Origin: Planctomycetota bacterium
GTDB taxonomy: Bacteria > Planctomycetota > SZUA-567 > H5-PLA8
Direction of reading: 5' to 3'
Assembly: GCA_038227875.1 (NCBI GenBank)
Contig: JBBRPR010000001.1
Span: 160,001 to 224,000 of the forward strand
Length of the DNA: 64,000 nt
Each line of letters opens with the position of its first letter. Positions within the stretch are counted from its first letter, which is position 1. The position numbers and the translations under genes were made by a program. This document shows positions 1 through 9,975 of the stretch, in pieces. Under the pieces are notes generated by a model. That model was given only the letters and a program-made list of their open reading frames with translations. It was not told where the DNA came from and did not search any database.

Positions 1-18
1 ACCGTGGACCTGAACGCG

Positions 19-483
19 TTACCCCTCGCGCGGCGTTTCCGCTTCTTTCTCGATCAGAATCGTCACCGGTCCATCGTTGAGCAGCCGGACTTTCATGTCG
101 GCGGCAAACTGGCCTTCTTGAATCTTCAGGCCGCAAAGTCCGCGAAAATTCGCGACCCATTTCGCGTAAAATTCCCGCGCGGCCTCGCCGGGCATGCTGT
201 CGCTGAACCCCGGCCGCGTGCCCTGCTTCAAGTCCCCATACAAGGTGAATTGCGAGACGAGCAGGATCTCGCCGCGGATGTCGACGACGGATTTGTTCAT
301 CTTGCCGGCTTCGTCGTTGAATATCCGCGCAGCGAGGATCTTCCGGATCATCCAATCGCCTTCTCCCGGCGTGTCGGTTTTGCGAAAGCCAATCAAGACC
401 AGCAGCCCGGCGCCGATCTCCCCGGTGATCTGGCCGTCGACGGTAACGCTGGCAGAAGTAACTCGTTGCAGTAAAGCGCGCAT
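19..483 (-). CDS. dtd: D-aminoacyl-tRNA deacylase
   Basis: MRALLQRVTSASVTV start, SQFTL motif, C-terminal NDGPVT motif. Confidence 0.95.
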   Translation of the reverse strand: MRALLQRVTSASVTVDGQITGEIGAGLLVLIGFRKTDTPGEGDWMIRKILAARIFNDEAGKMNKSVVDIRGEILLVSQFTLYGDLKQGTRPGFSDSMPGEAAREFYAKWVANFRGLCGLKIQEGQFAADMKVRLLNDGPVTILIEKEAETPREG

Positions 484-647
484 TCGTGCGTCCTTGAAGG
501 TGTCGTGTCCGGAATTGTCACAGGAACTCTGCTGATTCTCCCTTAGTGACAGGTATCCCTAAGGGAAAAGTTGAATTTACCGACCGGCCAGGCGAAACGA
601 AAGGCGGATTGTCTGTGGCTCAGGTTTCAGATATACGAAGTAGCAGC

Positions 648-1856
648 ATGAATGGAAACAGTATCCGCTGGATCGCGATTGCCTTTGCGCTGGGTCTGTG
701 CGCAGCCTACGCCCTATGGGGCAACAATTCCGGCACGCCGGTACCGCAGCCAGGGGTCGTGAATTCCGGCGTCGCGATCAACACCGGCGCGAACACCACT
801 GCTACAACCGCTACGAACACCCCCCTGAACGGCAAACCGCCGCCCCTGCTTCCCTCGGTGAATCCCGCCGATGACCCGAGCATGGCCAGCGTCGGTTCGC
901 GCTACATTAGATTTGAACCCGACTCGCTCGACTTCGGCGACGTCCGCGTCGGCGAAAAGAAAGAACTGACGGTCAACATCGTCAATATCTCCAACAAGAC
1001 CGTGCATCTGATCTACGCACGCGGGTCCTGCACCTGCATGAAGCCGGAACTTCCCGTGCAGGACCTGGCGCCCGGCAAAAGCACTCCGTTTAAAGTGTCG
1101 TTCAGCGGCCTTCCCGGCAAGCGCCCGGAGTCTTACCATATCGAAGTTGGACTCTCGGAAGCCGACATGCCGGCGTTCGTTGACGTGAAGGGCAAGGTGG
1201 TCCAACTCTTCTCGGTCGATCCCGAAAAGCTCGTCTTCGGCAGAATGAAGAAAGGTTCCACCAAGTCGATCGTCGCCACGATCAAAAAGCTGGACGGCCA
1301 GCCCTTCACGATCTTGAACGCCGTCGCGACGCAAAAGGACATCGACCTGACCATGCCCGTCGAAGTTCCGGGCAGCAACAAAAGCGCCTACCAACTCACG
1401 GTGTCGATCAAGGCCTTCCGCGCCACGCGCTTGTTCGAGCAGCTTTCAGTACTGACCGATGCGATGTCCGATAAAATGGCCGCGACCGTTCCCCTGCTGG
1501 TCTATGCCGAAATCGATGGCGACGCTGTCTGTCTCGACGAAAATCTGACCACGACTTTCGACAACAAGGGCAACCTGCAGCCCTTCCAGACCACGATCAA
1601 GCGCCTCACGCCGGGCCCCTTGATCATCGAGTCCGTCGCCGACAGCGAGGGCGGCGCCATGACGTTTACCACCGAAACGGTCGACGCCTCTTCGGTCAAA
1701 GTCAGCTTGACGATGAACACCGAACTGCGCCACAAGAAACCCTTCGGCGAACTGCGCATCAAGACCAACGTCGAAACCGAACCCATCCACGTCCCCTACT
1801 CGCTGCCCCGCAAACCGAGCGTGGGGCCGGGCACCACGGGACTCGGGGGCCAGTGA
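648..1856 (+). CDS. Membrane-anchored DUF1573/Ig-like domain protein
   Basis: N-terminal hydrophobic segment; LDFGDV...SCTC...LAPGKS Ig-like (DUF1573-type) pattern; start placed at ATG 648 (ORF open from 546). Confidence 0.7.
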   Translation: MNGNSIRWIAIAFALGLCAAYALWGNNSGTPVPQPGVVNSGVAINTGANTTATTATNTPLNGKPPPLLPSVNPADDPSMASVGSRYIRFEPDSLDFGDVRVGEKKELTVNIVNISNKTVHLIYARGSCTCMKPELPVQDLAPGKSTPFKVSFSGLPGKRPESYHIEVGLSEADMPAFVDVKGKVVQLFSVDPEKLVFGRMKKGSTKSIVATIKKLDGQPFTILNAVATQKDIDLTMPVEVPGSNKSAYQLTVSIKAFRATRLFEQLSVLTDAMSDKMAATVPLLVYAEIDGDAVCLDENLTTTFDNKGNLQPFQTTIKRLTPGPLIIESVADSEGGAMTFTTETVDASSVKVSLTMNTELRHKKPFGELRIKTNVETEPIHVPYSLPRKPSVGPGTTGLGGQ

Positions 1857-2356
1857 GCATCCTGTGGGGCCGCGAATTCCTGCGCGCGACAATCATCGTC
1901 GCGGTGGCCGGAGCCCTGGGCCTGACGGTCAATGCGATCAAGGAAAAGCCGCTGGCGGTACTCGACGCCAACGGTCCCGGTGCCTTTCCGGAAGAACCCC
2001 GCGTCCCCCCCGCGCAGCTCAAAGAATGGCTGAATTCCAAGAAGACCATTCTGATCCTCGATGTCCGCAATGACGACAACTACAACCTCGGCCACGCGCC
2101 GCAGTCCATTCACGCGCCCGAACCGCAATTCGACGAAAGTTATCACGCGCAGAATCTCGAAACGATCCTGCGCGCCGCCGATGAAGTCGTGGTGCTCTGC
2201 GACAGCTCCGAATGCCCGGCCGCCGATCGCATCGCCAAATCCCTGCGCGAGATGGGCCACAAAAACATAAACGTGTTGCAGGATGGCTGGCGCGGTTACC
2301 TGCAGCAGACCGATCTGCCGGTTGAACCTCCCGGCCAGGGCGGAGTGCGCCGATGA
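1853..2356 (+). CDS. Rhodanese-like domain protein with N-terminal membrane anchor
   Basis: ILDVR...GHAPQSI, VVLCDSSEC, VLQDGW rhodanese motifs; 4-nt overlap with the upstream gene. Confidence 0.85.
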   Translation: MSILWGREFLRATIIVAVAGALGLTVNAIKEKPLAVLDANGPGAFPEEPRVPPAQLKEWLNSKKTILILDVRNDDNYNLGHAPQSIHAPEPQFDESYHAQNLETILRAADEVVVLCDSSECPAADRIAKSLREMGHKNINVLQDGWRGYLQQTDLPVEPPGQGGVRR

Positions 2357-2793
2357 GCACCATTCCCGCCCCGGCTCCATCCGGTGAACGCGACTGGCCT
2401 GCGCTGATCGCGCGCTTTCTGGCCGGAGCGATGCTCTTCTACGCCGGCTTCATGAAGCTCAACACGTCCGCCGAATTCGCCGCGACGATCGCCAACTTCC
2501 GCATGCTTCCCGCCGTCGCGAACCAACTGTTGGCCGTGGTGCTGCCGTGGTGTGAAGTCGCGACAGGATTACTGTTGATCGCCGGAGTCTGGCCGCGCGC
2601 CGCGGGCCTCGTCGCCACGCTGCTTTTTCTGGCCTTCGGCATCGCCGCCAGCGCTGCTGTGATCCGCGGCCTGGACATCCAATGCGGCTGCTTCGGCACC
2701 GCCTCCGCCCGCCGCGTCGGCGTGCTGACGCTCGGCGTCGATCTGGCCGGATTGATCTCGGCGGCGCTGGTCGTCTTTCAGCGGGAGCCGTGA
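2353..2793 (+). CDS. MauE/DoxX family membrane protein
   Basis: Several TM helices, LPWCE and RGLDIQCGCFG motifs; ATGA overlap with the upstream gene. Confidence 0.85.
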   Translation: MSTIPAPAPSGERDWPALIARFLAGAMLFYAGFMKLNTSAEFAATIANFRMLPAVANQLLAVVLPWCEVATGLLLIAGVWPRAAGLVATLLFLAFGIAASAAVIRGLDIQCGCFGTASARRVGVLTLGVDLAGLISAALVVFQREP

Positions 2794-2815
2794 CGGGCAT
2801 GAACGTTCGTGGCCG

Positions 2816-4786
2816 TCATTCGCCTAATTCGAGCGTGATCGACTTCATCACCGGCTTCGCGCCACAGGAGATCGTGTAGTTATCGCTGGCGGATTTGGCG
2901 ATGTGAACGTCCTGCTTCGCGACGCCGTTCTCGTCCCACGCATACGTGATCTTCACGGGCCGGAAGCCGCCGTGCGGTTCTTTGTAGTCGGCGTTGATGC
3001 TGAAGCGCATCACGCAAGTAGTGTTGCGTTGTGTTCCAGACCAGCGCACGAAAGCCTCTTTCGTTCCCGGCGGAATCTCCGCATACGTCAGGTAGAGGTC
3101 CGTGCTCGGCGTCGGCCCGCCCGCGTGTACAACGGTCTTGAACGTCTTGCCGCCATCGAACGAGAGCTGATAGTCCCAGCCGTCCTTGGCGTCGCGCGCG
3201 CGGTAGTCGCTGCCGAAGCGCAGTCGCGTCATCTCGCCGGGCGTGGTGACCTTGAAGGTGATGTCGCCGCTCCCGCCAGTCAACATCCACGACTTGGGCG
3301 AAACGCCATTCATGACGGGATGAAAATCATCCGCGCGTAGTTGCTGCTTGACGTCCGGATCGGGCGCAGCGGAAATCGTCACTGTGCCTTCCGAGGGTTC
3401 GGCGTTGAAGCGGATTGAATTCTCGCCAGCACCCAGCGCCGGCAAGGGTCGCTGCGAATGAAGAATGTCGTTGGCGACAGTCAGGCTGTCCAATCCTGTC
3501 CCGGCGCCCTTCAGTGTGAACTTCAATTGGTAATCATAGCGCTGAGTGACAAACGGCTTCAGGTCCAGAGTCCGCTCGCCCGTCGCGCTGATTTTCGCCA
3601 CGTCCGCCCAGTCCAGACCATTGTTCATCGAAATCGCGGCGGTGATCTCTCCGCCCTCGCCGACGACGGCTTTCAGCGTCGCCGCGCCGGTCAGGAAGAG
3701 GTAACCACTACTCATCCGGAATATCAACGTGCCCGGTTTCGCCGCGTCCTGGAGATGCAGCGCCGGCGTCGCCTTGTCGTCGGCGGTGCTGGCCAGATTT
3801 TCTGCCAGCAGCGCTCCACCTCGGAACGAACCGTCGGCGAGCGGCACGTTGTATTCGTGCCGGCCATGCCCGATGCGTCCGTTGCCCAGATCGCCGAGCG
3901 TCGCTGAATACGCCAGCACGCCTTCGCCGACTTTCAGCTTGAGAAAATCCGGGGGCATACCTTCTGGCAACGGCAAGGCCGTGCCCTGGTTGGACCAGTT
4001 GCGAACGATTCGTTCACCCTTGCGCAGTTGAATATTGATGGCGTGGCCTTGGAAATAGCCGTGGTCGTACTGATTGGGCGTGCCATGCGTGCCGTCGTAA
4101 TTGACCATCGACGTCTGCCAGCCGCCACACAGCGCGCAGGGCGACGAGCCGTTGGGAAAAAATGTCGGACAGGCAGCGAATAGCGGCGGGCCATTCTTCC
4201 AACCGGCTTTCATGAACTGGTTGAGCTTACCGCCGTCGCCGAGGTAACCCGGGTTCTTGTCGTACCATTCTTTCGCTGCCGCCTTGATTTCTTCGACTCC
4301 CGCGATCGAACCGTCTGGTTTGGGGAAATAATTGACGTACGCCGCATCGAGCAGATGCCAGGCGTTGTCGTATTTGATCTCCGAAACGCAGTGCCCATTT
4401 AGATTCCAGCCCCGCACCTCCATGTTCAAATACCGGCCGAGCGACTCGGCCATCGCGCCGGAGCAGCAACAGAAATTGCAGCCGTAAACATTGAACGTCT
4501 TGATGGCATCGTGAACGCAGGGTTCGGTTGCGCCAAGGTGCTCGGCAATGGGAGCGCCTTCAAGTCCGAACATGACGATCGTTTTCCAGATCGCCATCGC
4601 CTTGTCCGCGTCGCTCATGCCGTCTTTGATGTACGACTTCTTCCACGCCTCCAGGCTTGAAACATCTGGCACCTTGTCCGAGACCACCGAGATGTGACTG
4701 ACGACCCCCGGCACAGCGTCGTCGGTCGCATAAAGAAATCCCGATACAAATAGACCTGCCAAAATGACCCAGCATAGTTTGCGCAT
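2816..4786 (-). CDS. Secreted transglutaminase-like (papain-fold) protein
   Basis: GGAGG SD before ATG 4786; signal peptide; YGCNFCCC, GHCVSEI and WHLLDA give a Cys-His-Asp triad. Confidence 0.7.
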   Translation of the reverse strand: MRKLCWVILAGLFVSGFLYATDDAVPGVVSHISVVSDKVPDVSSLEAWKKSYIKDGMSDADKAMAIWKTIVMFGLEGAPIAEHLGATEPCVHDAIKTFNVYGCNFCCCSGAMAESLGRYLNMEVRGWNLNGHCVSEIKYDNAWHLLDAAYVNYFPKPDGSIAGVEEIKAAAKEWYDKNPGYLGDGGKLNQFMKAGWKNGPPLFAACPTFFPNGSSPCALCGGWQTSMVNYDGTHGTPNQYDHGYFQGHAINIQLRKGERIVRNWSNQGTALPLPEGMPPDFLKLKVGEGVLAYSATLGDLGNGRIGHGRHEYNVPLADGSFRGGALLAENLASTADDKATPALHLQDAAKPGTLIFRMSSGYLFLTGAATLKAVVGEGGEITAAISMNNGLDWADVAKISATGERTLDLKPFVTQRYDYQLKFTLKGAGTGLDSLTVANDILHSQRPLPALGAGENSIRFNAEPSEGTVTISAAPDPDVKQQLRADDFHPVMNGVSPKSWMLTGGSGDITFKVTTPGEMTRLRFGSDYRARDAKDGWDYQLSFDGGKTFKTVVHAGGPTPSTDLYLTYAEIPPGTKEAFVRWSGTQRNTTCVMRFSINADYKEPHGGFRPVKITYAWDENGVAKQDVHIAKSASDNYTISCGAKPVMKSITLELGE

Positions 4787-4959
4787 CGCTTGTCCTCCCC
4801 ATGCCACACGGACACTTGAGAGAGGGGTTGAACATGTGATTGCCTTCGAGGAAAAGCGAACAAATCGACGAACAGAAGGTACACTGCCTCGGTTTCCGCA
4901 GCATCCGCCGCCGTCAATTTTCCAGTTTCAATTCCGCCCATTTTGAATCTAATGATGCC

Positions 4960-5571
4960 ATGCGCATCGACATCGAGAAAACCTCCCCGCGTGACATTTA
5001 CAAAGTGATGATCTCCTGCATCACGCCCCGGCCGATTGCGTGGGTCTCCACGATTTCGCCCAACGGGATTCCCAACCTCGCGCCGTTCAGTTTCTTCAAC
5101 GGCATCGGCGCCAATCCGCCGACCGTGCTCTTCTGCCCCGTCAACCGCCGCGACGGCAGCAAGAAAGACACGCTGGTCAACGTCGAAGCGACGAAGGAAT
5201 TCGTCGTCAACTTCGTCCCGTTCTCACTCTCCAAGCCGATGAACGATTCCTCGGCGGACCTCCCTTACGAAGTGAATGAATTCGAAAAGGCCGGCATCGA
5301 CCAGGCGCCCTCGCTGAAGGTCAAGCCGCCGCGCGTCAAGGATTCGCCGGTCTATTTTGAATGCGTGCTCCATCAGATCATCAACGTCGGTGAAGGCGCA
5401 CTCGGCGCCAACGTGGTGATCGGCCGGATCGTCTGCATCGAAATCTCCGACACGGTGCTCGCCGCCGACGGCCAGATCGACCCCCGGAAACTCGATACCG
5501 TCGGCCGCATGGGCGGCAGTCTTTACAGCCGGACCACGGATCTGTTCGAGCTCAACCGGCCCACGCTGTAA
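4960..5571 (+). CDS. Flavin reductase family protein
   Basis: PRPIAWVST, NLAPFSFFN, KDTLVN, GRMGG motifs. Confidence 0.9.
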   Translation: MRIDIEKTSPRDIYKVMISCITPRPIAWVSTISPNGIPNLAPFSFFNGIGANPPTVLFCPVNRRDGSKKDTLVNVEATKEFVVNFVPFSLSKPMNDSSADLPYEVNEFEKAGIDQAPSLKVKPPRVKDSPVYFECVLHQIINVGEGALGANVVIGRIVCIEISDTVLAADGQIDPRKLDTVGRMGGSLYSRTTDLFELNRPTL

Positions 5572-5593
5572 TCGCGAAGAAGCGCCAAACGTT

Positions 5594-5668
5594 TGCAGGC
5601 GGGACGCCTGCTCCACAAAAAATTACGCGCGCGGACCCGAGAATTGTGGGGCGGGCGTCCCGCCTGCA
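5594..5668. repeat. Inverted pair of REP-like palindromic units
   Basis: TGCAGGCGGGACGCCTGCTCCACAA (5594-5618) vs TTGTGGGGCGGGCGTCCCGCCTGCA (5644-5668); the two mismatches are G-U compatible on the + strand. Confidence 0.85.
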
Positions 5669-5814
5669 CAAAACGCAATTTCGCGCAGCGAAGAGCCGTG
5701 AGCTGATATTCGCGCTCGCGAAAATCGCGCGGAACTGGACATCGCCTATCCGTGGGGTAAATTTATCTGCTTCGAATCTGTGCAAGTCGCAGGTGCTCGC
5801 GGCGGGAGGCTTTC

Positions 5815-6303
5815 GTGGCAGACGACGTCATTGGCTACATTCTGACTCAGTACCCTGGCCGCGGAATGGCGCCGGAACGCTCGGATTTTGAAGACAAGAT
5901 CAAAGCGGAGAAGGCCTTCACGGACGCCAAGATGGCCTCGATTCTCTGGCAGTCGCGCCCGGTCAGCTCCGGTCTGGGCTGGATCAAGATGAAGGAAAAG
6001 GAAGCGCCGCCGCCGGCCCCTCCGGCCCCGGCGAAGCCCGCCGTGCCCGCTGCCGCCGCTGCCGCCGGCGCGGCCAAGCCCGCGGTTCCGGCTCCGGCCG
6101 CTGCAGCCAAACCCGCAACGCCAGCCGCTGCGGTGCCAGCTCCGGCGACTGCGGTGCCAGCATCAGGCGCCTCACCGGCAGCCTCGCCCAAGCCCACGGT
6201 TTCGGCCAATCCCGTCGTCTCGGCTCCGCCGCCGGCCGCCTCATCGCCCACGCCCGCCGCCGACGCGACGGCTCCTGAAAAGAAGCCCGACGCCGCACAT
6301 TAA
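5815..6303 (+). CDS. Hypothetical protein: small N-terminal domain plus Pro/Ala-rich tail
   Basis: GGGAGG SD before GTG; GC-rich third positions; low-complexity PA tail. Confidence 0.7.
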   Translation: MADDVIGYILTQYPGRGMAPERSDFEDKIKAEKAFTDAKMASILWQSRPVSSGLGWIKMKEKEAPPPAPPAPAKPAVPAAAAAAGAAKPAVPAPAAAAKPATPAAAVPAPATAVPASGASPAASPKPTVSANPVVSAPPPAASSPTPAADATAPEKKPDAAH

Positions 6304-6372
6304 GCTGCGGCTTCGGACGAAAAAAACTTACATCCCCATCGTACGTGCTGCATTTTTTAAGGGAGAATTGCC

Positions 6373-7434
6373 ATGACAGTCAGTTACAAGCCCGAAGGTG
6401 TCTGGACCGCGCTGGTGACCCCGTTCGACAAGAACGGCAAGCTGGACTCCGCCGCCTTCAAGCGCCTGGTCGAATACCAGATCGCGCAGGGCATCACCGG
6501 TATTCTCCCCACCGGCACGACCGGCGAATCGCCGACCTTGAGCTGGGATGAACACAACCGCGTCGTCGAGGAAGCGATCGCCTTCGCCAAGGGCCGTGTC
6601 GGCGTGATGGCCGGCTCCGGATCCAATTGCACCGACGAAGCGATCGACGCCACGCGCCACGCGCGAGAAGCCGGCGCCAGCGCCGCGCTGATCGTCGACT
6701 GCTACTACAATAAGCCCTCGAGCCTCGAGCTGCGCACCGAATACTACGAACAGATCGCCGAATGGGTCGGCGACATTCCGCTCGTGCCGTACGTGATCCC
6801 CGGCCGCAGTGGATGCGCGCTCAGCGCTGAAGACCTCGCCATCCTGCATCTCAACAAGCCCAACCGCTTCCCCTGCGTGAAGGAAGCCACCGGCGATCTG
6901 GAACGCATGCGCCTGGAACGCAAGCTCGCCCCGACGCTGGCGATCATGCCCGGCGATGACGACCTGACCGTGGCGATGATCGAAGACCCGCTGATCAAGT
7001 CCTCGGGCGTGATCTCGGTCATGAGCAACGTCGTCCCCGGCGCGCTGGGCAAAATGGTGGCGTCGCTGCGCTCCGGCGACACGGCCACCGCCAAGGCGCT
7101 GGCTGCCAACCTCGACCCGCTCTTCAAGCTTGTCGGTTGCAAGATCGTCAGCAAACGCAAACTTCCCACCGGCCAGGAAGTGACCGTCGAAGACAAGATC
7201 CCCAATCCCGTGCCGGTGAAAACGATGATGGCCGGACTGGGCATGTCCGTCGGCATCTGCCGCAAGCCGCTGGGCAAGATGCCGAAGGAAGGCGTCGAAC
7301 GCTGCCGTAAAGCGCTGCAGGATTTGAACGCCACCGCGCCGGAAATTCTCAAGCCGATCGGAGAAGCCTTCGGCGTGAACGTCGCCGCGCGGCTGGCCGA
7401 CAACGCCGTCTGGAACGAACTGGCGCGCGCGTAA
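6373..7434 (+). CDS. dapA: 4-hydroxy-tetrahydrodipicolinate synthase
   Basis: ALVTPF, GTTGES, YYNKP, YVIPGR, VKEATGD (Schiff-base Lys), NPVPVK. Confidence 0.88.
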   Translation: MTVSYKPEGVWTALVTPFDKNGKLDSAAFKRLVEYQIAQGITGILPTGTTGESPTLSWDEHNRVVEEAIAFAKGRVGVMAGSGSNCTDEAIDATRHAREAGASAALIVDCYYNKPSSLELRTEYYEQIAEWVGDIPLVPYVIPGRSGCALSAEDLAILHLNKPNRFPCVKEATGDLERMRLERKLAPTLAIMPGDDDLTVAMIEDPLIKSSGVISVMSNVVPGALGKMVASLRSGDTATAKALAANLDPLFKLVGCKIVSKRKLPTGQEVTVEDKIPNPVPVKTMMAGLGMSVGICRKPLGKMPKEGVERCRKALQDLNATAPEILKPIGEAFGVNVAARLADNAVWNELARA

Positions 7435-7460
7435 GTCATTCTCGTAAAGCGTTGAAAATG

Positions 7461-7498
7461 GCGACCCCCCAGGCCCCGAGGCCTGGGGGTTGTCGTTT
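7461..7498 (+). terminator. Probable intrinsic terminator after dapA
   Basis: GC-rich hairpin CCCCCAGGCC-CCGA-GGCCTGGGGG followed by T-rich bases. Confidence 0.65.
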
Positions 7499-7581
7499 CA
7501 CATTCTCTGCCCGTGACCGCGTGCCGTTCGCGCGGTAGAACTATCGGGTACGCTATCCAAAGCCCACATGGGAGCTCCGCG

Positions 7582-8502
7582 ATGAAATTTAAATCACACC
7601 TTCTTATTGCCGCCACCCTTCTGCTCTGCGTTTCCGCGCCCGGTGCGTTTGCGGCGGCGGGCGGCGGTGTCGTGGTTGGAATCGGCGGAGGCGGCAACGC
7701 CAACGCGCCGGCCAACGAACCCAATGAAGTGGCGGCGATGGCGTATTGCAGAGCGTTTGCCGAAGCCGAGGAGATTTATCACCGCACCGATTACATGAGA
7801 GAAGGCGTGCTGCAGTACGCGCAGGTTCTGGCTGGCCGTGCGGAAGACTTCAAACGAATCAGGTCCGAACCGCTGAAAATCGACCCGCCCAGCGCCGACG
7901 AGCAGAAAAAAATCGAGACGCTGATCAAGGCGCTCGACGACGACGACTTCGCCGCACGCGAAAAGGCGACCACTGAGCTGATGGCTCTCGGCGCAAAAGC
8001 GTATCCCCAGGTTCAGAAGGCCTTGGCTTCGGCCAGTGAAGGCGAAGTCGCTCAGCGCGGCCGGCGGATCGTCGACAAAATCAACGAAGCCAATGCCACG
8101 CCGCCGAAGGTCAAAGTGAAATATCGATTCGGCCTGCTGGGCAGCAATGGCGGTGGAGAACTCGCGCTGATCGACCGGCGTCTGGCCGGAGCCGAATGCG
8201 CGGCAGGTTGCGATCCCAGTCAGAGCAACCCCGCCGGCGGCTATTTTTTCCGCGTCCTGACGCGGCAGGGTGAAGCCGCGACCGGCGGCAAACGCGACTA
8301 CATCGTCGGCGATAAAATGACGCTCGGCTACGCCCTGCTGGCGTTTCCCGCCGCCTACGGAGCCACCGGCAAAAAATGTTTCATGATCAACAACAACGGC
8401 ACCACCTTTGAGCGCGATTTTGGTTCCAAGGAAGCGACCGACGCATTCGTCAAGGACTGCATCGAGTTCAACCCCACAAAAGAATGGAAGGCGCCGGAGT
8501 AG
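7582..8502 (+). CDS. Exported DUF2950-like protein with inserted HEAT-like helical segment
   Basis: Signal peptide; GVLQYAQ, GYFFRVLTRQG...GGKRDYIVGDKMTLGYALLAFPAAYGATG motifs; LDDDDFAAREKA helical insert. Confidence 0.75.
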   Translation: MKFKSHLLIAATLLLCVSAPGAFAAAGGGVVVGIGGGGNANAPANEPNEVAAMAYCRAFAEAEEIYHRTDYMREGVLQYAQVLAGRAEDFKRIRSEPLKIDPPSADEQKKIETLIKALDDDDFAAREKATTELMALGAKAYPQVQKALASASEGEVAQRGRRIVDKINEANATPPKVKVKYRFGLLGSNGGGELALIDRRLAGAECAAGCDPSQSNPAGGYFFRVLTRQGEAATGGKRDYIVGDKMTLGYALLAFPAAYGATGKKCFMINNNGTTFERDFGSKEATDAFVKDCIEFNPTKEWKAPE

Positions 8503-8508
8503 AACGGA

Positions 8509-8532
8509 AGGACTGAGGACTGAAGACTGAGG
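8509..8532 (+). repeat. Heptamer tandem repeat (AGGACTG)n
   Basis: AGGACTG AGGACTG AAGACTG AGG directly after the stop at 8502. Confidence 0.8.
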
Positions 8533-8600
8533 TCGCGACGCGTGCGGGAATAAGAAGGACTGGAAGCCTCACCAGTAAGGGCACATCAGAACGGAGCGTT

Positions 8601-9458
8601 GTGGCGGCATTCGCATTAAATAAGCGGTTGTTCGAGTTAACCGGCGCGCGCAACCTGCATATTGACTCCCACATCCGCGGCATCAACGCCGGGGCCAAGG
8701 CGCACGGCTCGCGTCCGCACAAGCACGAACGCGTCACCTACGACTTCCTCGGCGTGAATTTCGTCCTCCGCGGCAGCGGCGAGTACATCGACGCCGTCGG
8801 GAAAAAGTACGAACTCGCACCCGGCGTCCTCTTCCACCGCTACCCCGGCGTGCTCCACACCTCGCGCTTCGATCCGTCCAGCGACTACGCGGAACTCTAC
8901 GTCGTGATCGACGACTTCACCGGCCGGCAGTTGATCGAGACCGGCTTCATCTCGCCGCAAGCGGTGATGAACGTCGGCGTCGATCCGGTGGTCCTCGACG
9001 AATTCCGGCACCTGATCAAGCATCTGCGCATGCACGAATTCCAGATGCCCTCGCGCGAACTGCTCCTCGACGGCGTGAAATTCATCAACGGACTCTACAG
9101 CCGTGCCGCAAGCACCCGCATCCGCGGTTTCTGGGATCGCACCATCGAGGACGCTTGCCTGCTGCTCGAACACAACCTCGACGAGCGCGTCCACCTGGAG
9201 ACGGTCGCGGAGAAACTCGGCGTCTCCTACGCCGCCTTCCGCAAACATTTCACGCGCGCGATGGGACTTTCCCCCAACGACTACCGCATCCGCCACAGAC
9301 TGGAAGCCGCACAACACGCGCTGGTCAGTTCCTCGGTAAAAGAAACCGCGCGGCTGCTTGGCTACTGCGATTCCTTCGCCTTCTCCACGCAATTCAAACA
9401 CTACTTCGGCATCTCTCCCCGCGAATACCAACGACGCGTGCAAAAAGGCATCGGATAA
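8601..9458 (+). CDS. AraC family transcriptional regulator
   Basis: Cupin-like N-terminus; C-terminal double HTH ...LGYCDSFAFSTQFKHYFGISPREY. Confidence 0.92.
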   Translation: MAAFALNKRLFELTGARNLHIDSHIRGINAGAKAHGSRPHKHERVTYDFLGVNFVLRGSGEYIDAVGKKYELAPGVLFHRYPGVLHTSRFDPSSDYAELYVVIDDFTGRQLIETGFISPQAVMNVGVDPVVLDEFRHLIKHLRMHEFQMPSRELLLDGVKFINGLYSRAASTRIRGFWDRTIEDACLLLEHNLDERVHLETVAEKLGVSYAAFRKHFTRAMGLSPNDYRIRHRLEAAQHALVSSSVKETARLLGYCDSFAFSTQFKHYFGISPREYQRRVQKGIG

Positions 9459-9471
9459 CCTTTCAATCGCG

Positions 9472-9500
9472 AAAAAAAAGCGCCGCTCATCGCGGCGCCT
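9472..9500 (-). terminator. Probable intrinsic terminator (minus strand, possibly bidirectional)
   Basis: A8 run followed by the hairpin GCGCCGC-TCATC-GCGGCGC, between convergent genes. Confidence 0.65.
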
Positions 9501-9509
9501 GTTCGTGAA

Positions 9510-9540
9510 CCTCAGTCCTCAGTCCTCAGTCCTGAGCCCT
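9510..9540 (-). repeat. Heptamer tandem repeat (AGGACTG)n on the minus strand
   Basis: CCTCAGT CCTCAGT CCTCAGT CCTGAG; supplies the TGA stop of ORF 9526-9747. Confidence 0.85.
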
Positions 9541-9747
9541 CTCCGACTTCGCGCGCTTGATCTTCTCGTAGCGCGATTTCTCCTGGCAGTCGATGCTGCA
9601 GAACTTCGCGCTCGGATGGCGTTTGAACGCTTCCTTCTGGCAACATTCACAGACGATGCGGTAATTGCCCACGCTGTCGCCTTCGCGTTCCCATTTCCGT
9701 TTGCGCAGTTCGTGTTGTGAAAGTCCCAGTGTCCCGGTCGAACTCAT
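9526..9747 (-). CDS. Small basic protein with Cys-rich zinc-finger-like motif
   Basis: GGGGAG SD; CECC-x12-FCSIDC pattern. Confidence 0.6.
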   Translation of the reverse strand: MSSTGTLGLSQHELRKRKWEREGDSVGNYRIVCECCQKEAFKRHPSAKFCSIDCQEKSRYEKIKRAKSERAQD

Positions 9748-9774
9748 GGTGTTGCTCCCCGGTGAAATGAATTG

Positions 9775-9954
9775 TCACGATTGTCGGCGCAAGGCGATGC
9801 GTTTGAGTTCCGAACGCGCGTAGGTCAGATCCGCCAGATTGGTCTCGTACATCTTGATCAATTCGAAGTGAATTGGATGCTCCGGTTCCCGCCGCAGCAG
9901 GTGAATCTGGCGGTGAACCATCCGAATGTGAGTTCGTAACAATTTGTCGTTCAT
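9775..9954 (-). CDS. Small hypothetical protein (59 aa; not in ORF track)
   Basis: Read manually: MNDKLLRTHIRMVHRQIHLLRREPEHPIHFELIKMYETNLADLTYARSELKRIALRRQS; GGGGG SD; fills the gap between co-oriented small ORFs. Confidence 0.55.
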   Translation of the reverse strand: MNDKLLRTHIRMVHRQIHLLRREPEHPIHFELIKMYETNLADLTYARSELKRIALRRQS

Positions 9955-9975
9955 ACGTTGAAGCCCCCATTACAT

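Noticed and set aside
8509..9540. Transposon with heptamer terminal inverted repeats carrying the AraC gene
   Set aside because: No transposase or target duplication; the inversion is equally explained by each array following the stop of an oppositely oriented gene.
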